Below are positions 1-7,201 of a DNA stretch of 26,896 bases, piece by piece (position 1 is the stretch's first letter; each line of letters starts with the position of its first letter). This stretch comes from Armatimonadota bacterium (lineage in GTDB: Bacteria; Armatimonadota; Hebobacteria; CAIYQO01): positions 1 to 26,896 of the forward strand of contig JBBRXO010000024.1 of the NCBI GenBank assembly GCA_038248345.1, written 5' to 3'. The position numbers and the translations under genes were made by a program. The notes beneath the pieces were generated by a model that did no database searches, was not told the origin of the DNA, and worked only from the letters and a program-made list of their open reading frames with translations.

Positions 1-30
1 AAATATCCGAGTCAGCTAGTGACCGTCTGA
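1..30 (+). CDS. C-terminal tip of the intron-encoded RT/maturase (partial; KYPSQLVTV*)
   Basis: The frame ends in TGA about 10 nt before domain V. The tail resembles the (H)PYP/HPWP-type ends of endonuclease-lacking bacterial intron RTs. Only 9 codons are visible. Confidence 0.6.
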   Translation, partial: KYPSQLVTV

Positions 31-113
31 CACAAGGGAGGAACCCGGTGCGGTAATTCCGCACGCCGGGGTCTGTGCGGGGGGCTGCGGGCAACCGCAG
101 TCCCTACCGCGAT
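1..113 (+). mobile_element. 3' end of a group II intron (IIB-like): domain V (41-73) and domain VI, 3' splice site after ...CCTACCGCGAT at 113
   Basis: GAACCCGGTGCGG-TAATT-CCGC-AC-GCCGGGGTC folds as domain V with the AC bulge. It is followed by TGTGCGGGGG and the hairpin GCTGCGG-GCAA-CCGCAGT. A bulged A at 106 lies 8 nt from the terminal AT (AY consensus). Confidence 0.92.
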
Positions 114-840
114 TCGTACTCCTTCATTTCCAACGCCTGCTCAGGAGCATATGGCTTCAGTCCACTAGATGGCCGTGAGATGGGGTGCGGCTTTCTTGAT
201 ACTGCGGCTTTATAAGTCAGTGGAGCGTCGTCTCTGCTCTTCAGTGGAAATCCTAATGCTGAGACTATGCCCTGAGCCTTCAATAGTGATTCCTGGCGCC
301 TATTAATCAGTGTCCTTACTTCCATTACAAGCAAAGCATTGAATGAAGCAAGGTCGTTATTGATCCAGCCCAAACTTTTCTTCAAATTCTTAAAGTCGCT
401 GTCGAACTGTCTTTTAAGCGATTCAGAATCGTAATCAACTGTCTCATAGGATAAAAGAAGCTCATTGCCTTGAATTCTGGCATAAGGAGATGAAGAGTAT
501 AAGTAGTAGCCTTCCGAATAAAGAGGTCACCATCTCCATCGAAAGGTATGTAATAAGAAACAATACTTCCTGGTATGTGTATTGTAGAGAAATTATATCG
601 GAAATCGTGACTAACATCGACCTTGGCTTCACGATCACTTATAATGATTTGTTCCTCTTTAAGAGCAAGTGGTACAATTTGGTATGTTTGTGCAAAATAG
701 TCACACCAGTCATCAACATTTGTGTTTAGCAATTGGTTTTTCTTTATCTTCTCGATATCAGCTGATATCTGTCGATGAATAATCTCCATTTTTCCACGAA
801 GTTCACTCGTAGAAAAAAGCAGCGAGTCGACTTTGATCAT
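114..840 (-). pseudogene. AT-rich hypothetical gene, frameshifted near 493 and interrupted at 113/114 by the group II intron
   Basis: ORFs 382..840 and 104..385 join if the frame shifts at ...ATTYT(L)/SSPYARIQGNELLLSYETVDYDSESLKRQFDSDFKNLKKSLGWI. The reading then runs to ...EMKEYE and stops inside intron sequence. An SD (GAGGTG) precedes the ATG at 840. Confidence 0.75.
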
Positions 841-1048
841 TATATCACCTCTATTGTTGCTGGACTACGAACTCACACGTTGGCTGATTATTGTTATGTT
901 GACCAAGTCAATATTGATTGATTCGCCATAACTATCATCCATTCCTCCATCCCCCAACCTCAACCATCCAGCCCCAACCCACCACATCCAGCATAAAAAA
1001 GCCGAGAAAAACCATAGCGATTGTGGGGCGAAAGAACCGCCACCAACG

Positions 1049-1080
1049 AAAAAACCGCCGGAGATTAATCTCCAGCGGCT
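1049..1080 (-). terminator. Rho-independent terminator of tRNA-Glu
   Basis: Minus strand reads AGCCGCTGGAGA-TTAA-TCTCCGGCGG-TTTTTT, 4 nt after the CCA end. Confidence 0.85.
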
Positions 1081-1084
1081 GAAT

Positions 1085-1160
1085 TGGTAGGGCGTGCGGG
1101 AATCGAACCCGCCGTCTCCGGCGTGAAAGGCCGGCGTCATAACCGATAGACCAACGCCCC
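1085..1160 (-). tRNA. tRNA-Glu (anticodon UUC), 76 nt with encoded CCA
   Basis: Reverse complement GGGGCGTTGGTCTATCGGTTATGACG-CCGGC-CTTTCAC-GCCGG-AGACG-GCGGG-TTCGATT-CCCGC-ACGCCCT-ACCA forms a full cloverleaf. Confidence 0.97.
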
Positions 1161-1171
1161 TTATAGGTGTA

Positions 1172-1200
1172 ATTATAGCCAGTTTGAGATTATTTGTAAA
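1172..1200 (-). promoter_or_regulatory. Sigma70-type promoter of tRNA-Glu
   Basis: TTTACA-17 nt-TATAAT on the minus strand, 11 nt upstream of the tRNA. Confidence 0.75.
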
Positions 1201-1308
1201 CATCTCGAGCTCTTTAATAATTTTCTCGTCTCGCACGCAGGATATTCTGGCATTGATGCCGAATGATACATGTTAAGTAAGGATATCTGGTCAGCGATAG
1301 GTGGGTTC

Positions 1309-2193
1309 ATGCGCGAACAGTTTATAGCTTTGGTTACAACCTATTTTACTCCATTCACCATAATGGATATGCTTGACATCGCCGTGGTTGCCCTGGCTAT
1401 CTATCTGCTGTTGCGGCTGGTGCGCGGCACACGGGCGGTGCAGCTCATCAAGGGGTTCGTCGCCGTCACCCTTTTCGTCATCATCACCGAGATCGCCCGG
1501 CTCAACGCCTCGCACTGGTTGCTGGCGAATGTGCTGCAAAACTGGGTCATCGCGCTCATCGTGCTCTTTCAGCCGGAACTTCGTCTGGTGGTGGAGCAGA
1601 TCGGGCGCGGACGCATCATCTCCGAAGCCTTCCATACCGGACAGTACGGCCTGGATGACGCGGTAACGATGATCAACGAGATCGTGCGCGCAGCGCGGCG
1701 TCTCTCCGAGCGCAACATCGGCGCGCTCATCGCTATCGAGCGGCAAGTGGGGCTGAAGGATATTATCACCACCGGCAAGAGCATCACTGGTGCGGTCTCC
1801 AGCGAATTGCTGCAGACGATATTCCACCCGGGCACCCCCATGCACGACGGTGGGGTAGTCATCAAAGGACACCAACTGGCCGCCGCCATGTGTCTTTTCC
1901 CGCTCACCACGCGTGACGATCATCCGCGTGACTACGGTACCCGCCACCGCGCCGCCATCGGTCTTAGCGAGGTCACCGATGCGGTAGTAATAGTAGTATC
2001 GGAAGAGACCGGTGCGATATCGTTGGCTCTGGAGGGCGAATTGATCCATAATCTCTCCGTCGAGGCGTTAAAGGAACGACTATTGATGCTACTGCAGCCG
2101 GTGGGGCCGGATGCAAAAAGCTGGTTTGGGCGGCCTTCGCAGAAAGTAAAGAAATGTGAACAACCTGCGATAACCGAGGAGGAAAGCCAATGA
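1309..2193 (+). CDS. cdaA: Diadenylate cyclase CdaA (c-di-AMP synthase); alternative start at 1270
   Basis: Three N-terminal TM segments, then FQPELR, GALI-ER, F-P-TP-HDG and GTRHRAA-G-SE-TDA-VSEETG-IS DAC motifs. Confidence 0.95.
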   Translation: MREQFIALVTTYFTPFTIMDMLDIAVVALAIYLLLRLVRGTRAVQLIKGFVAVTLFVIITEIARLNASHWLLANVLQNWVIALIVLFQPELRLVVEQIGRGRIISEAFHTGQYGLDDAVTMINEIVRAARRLSERNIGALIAIERQVGLKDIITTGKSITGAVSSELLQTIFHPGTPMHDGGVVIKGHQLAAAMCLFPLTTRDDHPRDYGTRHRAAIGLSEVTDAVVIVVSEETGAISLALEGELIHNLSVEALKERLLMLLQPVGPDAKSWFGRPSQKVKKCEQPAITEEESQ

Positions 2194-3110
2194 AATGGGA
2201 TTCCGAGCTTTCAATACGTATTATCGCGGTAGCGCTGGCGCTCTTCACCTGGGCCTACGTGCGCGTGACCCACGGCGACGCCGCGCGCGTGATCCCCAGC
2301 ATCCCCGTTAAAGTGGAAGCCGCCACGGGGATGAATGCCACGCTACGGGAGAATGAATATACGCTGTCATTGCTGGTGAAAGGGCCAGCTGACCTGGTGA
2401 ATAACATCGTGCGCGAGGATATCGTCGCAACCGTGGATGCCAGCCACATCGCCCAGGCGGGCACGGTACAATTACCGGTGCAGGTGAAGCTACCGCCCGG
2501 GGTGGAGCTGGCACGGGCGATTACCGTGTCAGTAACCCTCACACCATTACAGAAGCGTAAGCTACCCGTCACCGCGTCCTTCATCGTCGCCCCTAATCCG
2601 GGGGCCAGCATCGGCAACTTCACCATCCAGCCCGCCGAGGTGGCATTAGAAGGCACTGAGGAAACGCTGGCAAAAGTAAAATTCATCACCGTGCGCCTGG
2701 ATCCGAACGAGCCATTAGTAGCGCCGCGCGCGCTGATCCCCTACGCCACTAATCAAGAAGGCGAGCGCGTGGACGGCGTGACGGTACAGACCGCCACCGT
2801 GTTGGTCTCCATGTCGTCACTCACCGGGGACAAAAACAACCGACAGGTGGCAGTGCGGCAGCCGGAATTAAAGAACGCCCCCACCGGCTATCTGGTACGC
2901 GTGAAGAGCATGCAACCCGATCTGGTGACCGTCAGCGGTGACCCGGCGGCGTTGGATCGGCTGGAGGGATACCTCGACACCCAGAGCATCGACGTGCGCA
3001 CAGTGACGCAAGATGTCAGCCGTACCGTGCGGCTGCAGATACCCGAAGGGGTGAAGGTAATCGACGAAACGGAAATCCGCGTGAACCTGGAAGCGAACGC
3101 GAAGAGATAG
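2190..3110 (+). CDS. cdaR: CdaR/YbbR-domain regulator of CdaA
   Basis: ATGA overlap with cdaA. One N-terminal TM (IIAVALALFTWAYV) followed by three YbbR-like beta-rich repeats (V-GP, P-V-L-G, P-GV). Confidence 0.9.
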   Translation: MKWDSELSIRIIAVALALFTWAYVRVTHGDAARVIPSIPVKVEAATGMNATLRENEYTLSLLVKGPADLVNNIVREDIVATVDASHIAQAGTVQLPVQVKLPPGVELARAITVSVTLTPLQKRKLPVTASFIVAPNPGASIGNFTIQPAEVALEGTEETLAKVKFITVRLDPNEPLVAPRALIPYATNQEGERVDGVTVQTATVLVSMSSLTGDKNNRQVAVRQPELKNAPTGYLVRVKSMQPDLVTVSGDPAALDRLEGYLDTQSIDVRTVTQDVSRTVRLQIPEGVKVIDETEIRVNLEANAKR

Positions 3111-3154
3111 CATTAGCCCTCCCAGGGAAGGGGGATGAAAAGCTGATGTCGCAG

Positions 3155-3194
3155 AATCCGTTCTCCCCGGTATTTATGCCGGGGAGAACGGATT
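3155..3194. repeat. 18-bp GC-rich hairpin (REP-like or terminator-like) after cdaR
   Basis: AATCCGTTCTCCCCGGTA-TTTA-TGCCGGGGAGAACGGATT; no poly-U tail. Confidence 0.7.
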
Positions 3195-3213
3195 GGAACT
3201 TGGAATTTGGAAC
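3193..3213 (+). repeat. Heptamer tandem repeat (TTGGAAY)x3
   Basis: TTGGAAC TTGGAAT TTGGAAC just upstream of the SD of ORF 3236. Confidence 0.7.
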
Positions 3214-3235
3214 ATTTTCGTAGAAGGAGCCACAA

Positions 3236-3589
3236 ATGGAAGGACTTAAAAGCATCTCGCTGGTATTGCTGATCGTGGTAGGCGTCTCGTTGATTGTGTC
3301 TTCTATCGCACCACAGAGCAAACGCTCCTACCTGCGTTTCCTGGGGGTCGCTCATCTCATGCTCGCTGGTATTAATTTCTCAATTATGTATAATAATACC
3401 GCCATGGCGTTGATTTTCGGCATACTGGCCATCCTCTCATTCATCTACGCCTTGTATGAAAGCATCGTGGTGACGCGCAAGAACCTGAGCCAGATGCGCC
3501 TCCGCCAGCAAGCCCGCGAGGAAGCGCTGGGCGAGGTGCTAAAAGTCATCGCCGAGGAAAAACCGAAAACGAAGGACGAGGACGAATAG
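3236..3589 (+). CDS. Small hypothetical membrane protein (3 TM helices plus a charged, coiled-coil-like C-tail)
   Basis: Strong SD (AAGGAG), three hydrophobic segments and a charged C-terminus. Confidence 0.8.
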   Translation: MEGLKSISLVLLIVVGVSLIVSSIAPQSKRSYLRFLGVAHLMLAGINFSIMYNNTAMALIFGILAILSFIYALYESIVVTRKNLSQMRLRQQAREEALGEVLKVIAEEKPKTKDEDE

Positions 3590-3723
3590 TTCAATGTTCA
3601 ATGTTCAACGGGGACAAGTGGCTGTTCATTGAGATTGAAAGCAATTATCATTTCGCAACTGGATCACGTAATACATTAAACATTAAACATTAAACATTGA
3701 ACATTGAACATTGAACATTGAAC
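3589..3723. repeat. Inverted pair of heptamer tandem arrays: (GTTCAAT)x3 ... (ACATTRA)x7
   Basis: 3589-3609 GTTCAAT GTTCAAT GTTCAAC. 3673-3721 ACATTAA x3 then ACATTGA x4. The two arrays are reverse complements. Confidence 0.9.
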
Positions 3724-3734
3724 GGGGTATAACT

Positions 3735-4373
3735 GTGACTGCTACATGCAAAAAAATAGGCGCTCTGGTCTCCGGCGGCGGGTCAAATCTGCAGGCGGTG
3801 CTGGATGCAATTGCACTGGGCGAGATCAACGGGCGCGTGACGCTGGTGATCAGCGATAACCCCGACGCCAAAGGGCTGGAACGCGCCCGTGCAGTAGGGG
3901 CGGAGACGGCGGTGATCCGCCCGAAAGATTACCCGGATCGCGCAGCATTCAGCCAGGCGCTGGCGGACAAACTGCAGCAGGCGGGGGTAGAGCTGGTGCT
4001 GATGGCGGGCTTCATGCGCGTCACCACCGTCGAGCTTATCGCTCCCTTCCGCAACCGTATCCTCAATATTCACCCTTCACTCATTCCCAGCTTCTGCGGA
4101 CCGGGCTTCTACGGACACCACGTTCACGAAGCGGTGTTGGAATATGGGGCGAAGGTGAGCGGCTGCACCGTGCATTTCGTCGAGGAAGCGGTGGACGCTG
4201 GCCCTATTGTGCTGCAACGCACGGTGCCGGTGCTGGAAGGCGACACACCTGATACGCTGGCAGCGCGGATACTAATTGAAGAGCACAAAGCCTATCCCGA
4301 AGCGGTGCGCCTCTTCTGTGCTGGACGGCTGACACTGCAGGGGCGTCGCGTTATAATTGCGCCAGAAAAGTGA
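3735..4373 (+). CDS. purN: Phosphoribosylglycinamide formyltransferase (GTG start at 3735 likely; ORF track 3711)
   Basis: SGGGSNLQA, MAGFMR, NIHPSLIPSF, GCTVHFV and DAGPI motifs. Confidence 0.96.
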   Translation: MTATCKKIGALVSGGGSNLQAVLDAIALGEINGRVTLVISDNPDAKGLERARAVGAETAVIRPKDYPDRAAFSQALADKLQQAGVELVLMAGFMRVTTVELIAPFRNRILNIHPSLIPSFCGPGFYGHHVHEAVLEYGAKVSGCTVHFVEEAVDAGPIVLQRTVPVLEGDTPDTLAARILIEEHKAYPEAVRLFCAGRLTLQGRRVIIAPEK

Positions 4374-6192
4374 GATCGCTGATCTCCCCATCGTGCGCCA
4401 GCGCCAGTAATACGGCGATCACGCGCGAGGTGGCATCGTCCCCCTCGGTGTAGCGCCAGCGACCGGGTATCTCCGGCAAGACGATCTGCCGCCCCTCCGG
4501 CTCCAGCAACACGGTGCCGGTGGTGAGGTTGACGCGATACGTTGCGCGTGCGCCCAGCACCAGCGCATAATTGCCGGTGTCCGGGGTGGCGATATTGGTC
4601 AGGTCGAAGGTACGTGCCATCTCGCGTAAAAGTGTCCGCCGCACCGCTAATGTCTCCGCCGAGGTCAGGTTCTCCTCGCCCATCGCGGCACGGGTGGTGA
4701 GGAGATCCGCCACGCGCAACGTTTCGCTGAAGATGATCGGTGGCACCGCATGCAACGGCAACTCTTCCGCCGCCTGCCTGAAGCTGATGCACCCGGTGGT
4801 CACCTCTTCGAGGCGTTTCTCTCCGAACAGATCATGACTCACCGCCCCCTCAGCCCAGCATATTTGCGCGGTGATGCCTCCCGGCCACTCATAGCGCGCT
4901 ACGCCCGACCCCGGCGCGTATCCGGCGGCGCGCAACACGGCGTAGGCGCGCTCCGGCGCGATGCACCGCCCGGCGAAACGCTCACACTCCTGCCCAGTCT
5001 CATCAAATGTAATGTATATCTCGCGAAATAGCTGCCGGAACGGTTGCTGCAGGCGGATATCTGCCGCGCGGCTTTGCCAGCTTTTCAGCTCCGCTCCCAG
5101 TGTTATCGGGTGGGCCAACGTCAGCGTGAAGCCATCATCCAGCGTGACCGGCGCGCCGGCCACATCCTCCCACCGGCCTTCCCCCGCCCAGAGTACGCAC
5201 ACCCCGGCTGCGGTGCGCCACACCAGTCGCTCCGCCAGATGCGCGAAGACCGGATTGGCCAGCAGATAGCGGAACTGCCCCACTGGTACCGCCGTCTCCG
5301 CCAGCATCCAGCGCTCCAGCTCCCCGCGGTAACGCCGGTATTCCGCCTGCAATTCGTGCTCCGCCGCCCGTGCTTCCTGGTAAACGCGAGTATTGCGTAA
5401 CTCCTCCGGTATGCGCGTCAACGGCCCACGCGGCCCCAGCGCTTCAAAGCGCACCTTACCCGCGTGCAGGCTTAACCGCAGCCGATATATCCCCGTCTGC
5501 CAGTCCGTGCGCACCCGCCCCTGTCCCAGCGTCGACTCATCCCACGCCCGGGTGAGGAACTGCTGCCGCAATAACTCATCTGTGCCCGGTAGCCCCACCT
5601 GCCGCGCCAACTGCGCCAGCGCCAACTCGGCAGCCGCCTGTTGTGGCCTGCCGCCGAAGCGCCGCTGCTGCACCAGCATGCCGATAATATCGTCATCCAC
5701 CTTCGCCATGCCCAGCGCGCGGATTGCTGCCACCTCACCGTCTTTTGCCTGCAATTGAATCGCTGCGACATCGTCCGACGCCGCCAGCGCCAACAACAGA
5801 TTGGAGCAGATATTCCGGTAATTACTGATGTAATGCCGCTCCAGCCAGGCGTGCCGGTCGGTAGCTTCGGGAGGAAGTTCGAGGAGCATACAGCGCCGCA
5901 GCGCCTCGCGTGCCGTGGGCAGGCCGGAGATGAGAAACTCCCCCCACCATGTCGGACTTGAGTAGGCCAGTGCCGCCGCCTGTACATTGCTCGAGCGTAG
6001 CCACTGCACTGCCGGATCGCCCCCCGCCGAACGCGGGCGCAACCACGCATACAGGCAGCGCACCTCCTCCGGCGCTAAACTAAGCGCTTCCTTGTCCGGC
6101 AACGGAGTACACTTCACGATACGCAACAACGGCAGCGTCCACGCCTCGGTGGCAAGGGCGCGGAGGGTCTCCTGAATTTGCTCATTTGTCAT
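4351..6192 (-). CDS. DUF4132-domain (MolR-like) protein
   Basis: L-NPV-HLAERLVW, LAHP, W-QQPFRQLFREIY, FSETLR-DL and C-terminal L-LA-D-I-D-FLAQL patterns match DUF4132 proteins as I recall them. HEAT-like helical N-terminal part. Confidence 0.75.
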   Translation of the reverse strand: MTNEQIQETLRALATEAWTLPLLRIVKCTPLPDKEALSLAPEEVRCLYAWLRPRSAGGDPAVQWLRSSNVQAAALAYSSPTWWGEFLISGLPTAREALRRCMLLELPPEATDRHAWLERHYISNYRNICSNLLLALAASDDVAAIQLQAKDGEVAAIRALGMAKVDDDIIGMLVQQRRFGGRPQQAAAELALAQLARQVGLPGTDELLRQQFLTRAWDESTLGQGRVRTDWQTGIYRLRLSLHAGKVRFEALGPRGPLTRIPEELRNTRVYQEARAAEHELQAEYRRYRGELERWMLAETAVPVGQFRYLLANPVFAHLAERLVWRTAAGVCVLWAGEGRWEDVAGAPVTLDDGFTLTLAHPITLGAELKSWQSRAADIRLQQPFRQLFREIYITFDETGQECERFAGRCIAPERAYAVLRAAGYAPGSGVARYEWPGGITAQICWAEGAVSHDLFGEKRLEEVTTGCISFRQAAEELPLHAVPPIIFSETLRVADLLTTRAAMGEENLTSAETLAVRRTLLREMARTFDLTNIATPDTGNYALVLGARATYRVNLTTGTVLLEPEGRQIVLPEIPGRWRYTEGDDATSRVIAVLLALAHDGEISDLTFLAQL

Positions 6193-6207
6193 AGGGAATT
6201 ACCCCGT

Positions 6208-7029
6208 TCAGACGATCGGCCTTTCCACCGGCACGCCCACCCATTCCACTTTATGTAGCGGAAATCCCAGCAGGCGTTCGCCTTCGCGACGGAGGCTTTC
6301 CGGGTCGCCACTGCTGAAGAAGCGGTGTGCATCAGGCGGGGTGGGGGGCTGGTCTGTGGCGAATTGTGCGGCTACTTCGCTGGCGGTGAAGGTTCCGGGG
6401 TCGATCAGCGTCACCTCCGGGCCGAGGAAGCGGGCGATGGCGTCGCCGAGAAACGGGTAGTGGGTGCAGCCGAAGATGAGTGTGTCCACCCCGGCGTCGC
6501 GCAACGGCGTCAGATACTCCGCCACTGCCGCGTCTACCTCCGGGCCGTCATCCTGGCCGCATTCTACCAGCGGTACGAAGAGCGGGCAGGCCTGCTGGTA
6601 TACTTGCGCTACTCCGGTTGCGTGCAGCGCCCGTTCATACGCCCCGCTGTTCACCGTCCCCTGGGTGGCGATCACCCCGATGCGACCGTTACGCGTTGCC
6701 GCTTGGGCAGCGGCAGCGCCGGGGCGAATCACCTCATACAGCGGCTTGCCATACAGCTCGATACCTGCATCGCGCGCCCCAGAGGCACTGCTCATGTTAC
6801 AGCCCATCACCACAATATCGGCCCCCTGCTCGTAGAGAAAGCCGATGATCTGCAACGCAAAATCGCGCACCTGCGCCAATGGGCGCGGGCCGTAGGGTAC
6901 ATGCGCGGTGTCCGCGAGATAAATCAAGCGTGCGGCGGGCAACTCGCACAATACCGCACGCGCCACGGTGAGACCGCCGACGCCAGAATCAAAAATTCCA
7001 ATAACCGGGGACTGGGATGTTAAACTCAC
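6208..7029 (-). CDS. murI: Glutamate racemase
   Basis: IGIFDSGVGGLTV, D-AH-PYG, GCN and GCTHYPFL motifs; both catalytic Cys are present. Confidence 0.96.
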   Translation of the reverse strand: MSLTSQSPVIGIFDSGVGGLTVARAVLCELPAARLIYLADTAHVPYGPRPLAQVRDFALQIIGFLYEQGADIVVMGCNMSSASGARDAGIELYGKPLYEVIRPGAAAAQAATRNGRIGVIATQGTVNSGAYERALHATGVAQVYQQACPLFVPLVECGQDDGPEVDAAVAEYLTPLRDAGVDTLIFGCTHYPFLGDAIARFLGPEVTLIDPGTFTASEVAAQFATDQPPTPPDAHRFFSSGDPESLRREGERLLGFPLHKVEWVGVPVERPIV

Positions 7030-7143
7030 GACTTACTTCCAATCTGCTAGTGTTCTAGTTTTAATCTTCCCTGCCTGGCCGGTAAATTCCTGTTGAAATA
7101 GTGAAATCACCGACAAATTTGGATAACTTTTCTCCAAAAAATA

Positions 7144-7172
7144 ATGACTTGTCTTTATTCTTATGCTATACT
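7144..7172 (+). promoter_or_regulatory. Putative sigma70 promoter with extended -10
   Basis: ATGACT-17 nt-TATACT with a TGn extension, upstream of ORF 7202. Confidence 0.5.
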
Positions 7173-7201
7173 GAATCTACAAAAATGCTAACTTACCCGA
7201 G

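Noticed and set aside
899..911. Palindrome TTGAC-CAA-GTCAA as a CRP/FNR-type operator
   Set aside because: The spacing is 3 rather than 4 nt and there is a single short instance, which cannot be distinguished from chance.
938..990. C-rich tract (G-rich on the minus strand), possible G-quadruplex
   Set aside because: The G runs are irregular and there is no supporting context; it is low-complexity spacer.
865..1236. 123-aa ORF on the minus strand
   Set aside because: It overlaps the tRNA-Glu, its promoter and its terminator, so it is a shadow ORF.
3111..3235. c-di-AMP (ydaO) or purine/ZTP riboswitch near cdaAR-purN
   Set aside because: I recognise no consensus motifs here or upstream of purN; only simple hairpins and repeats are present.
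3589..3723. Possible CRISPR array
   Set aside because: The repeats are 7-bp tandem units without unique spacers, and there are no cas genes.
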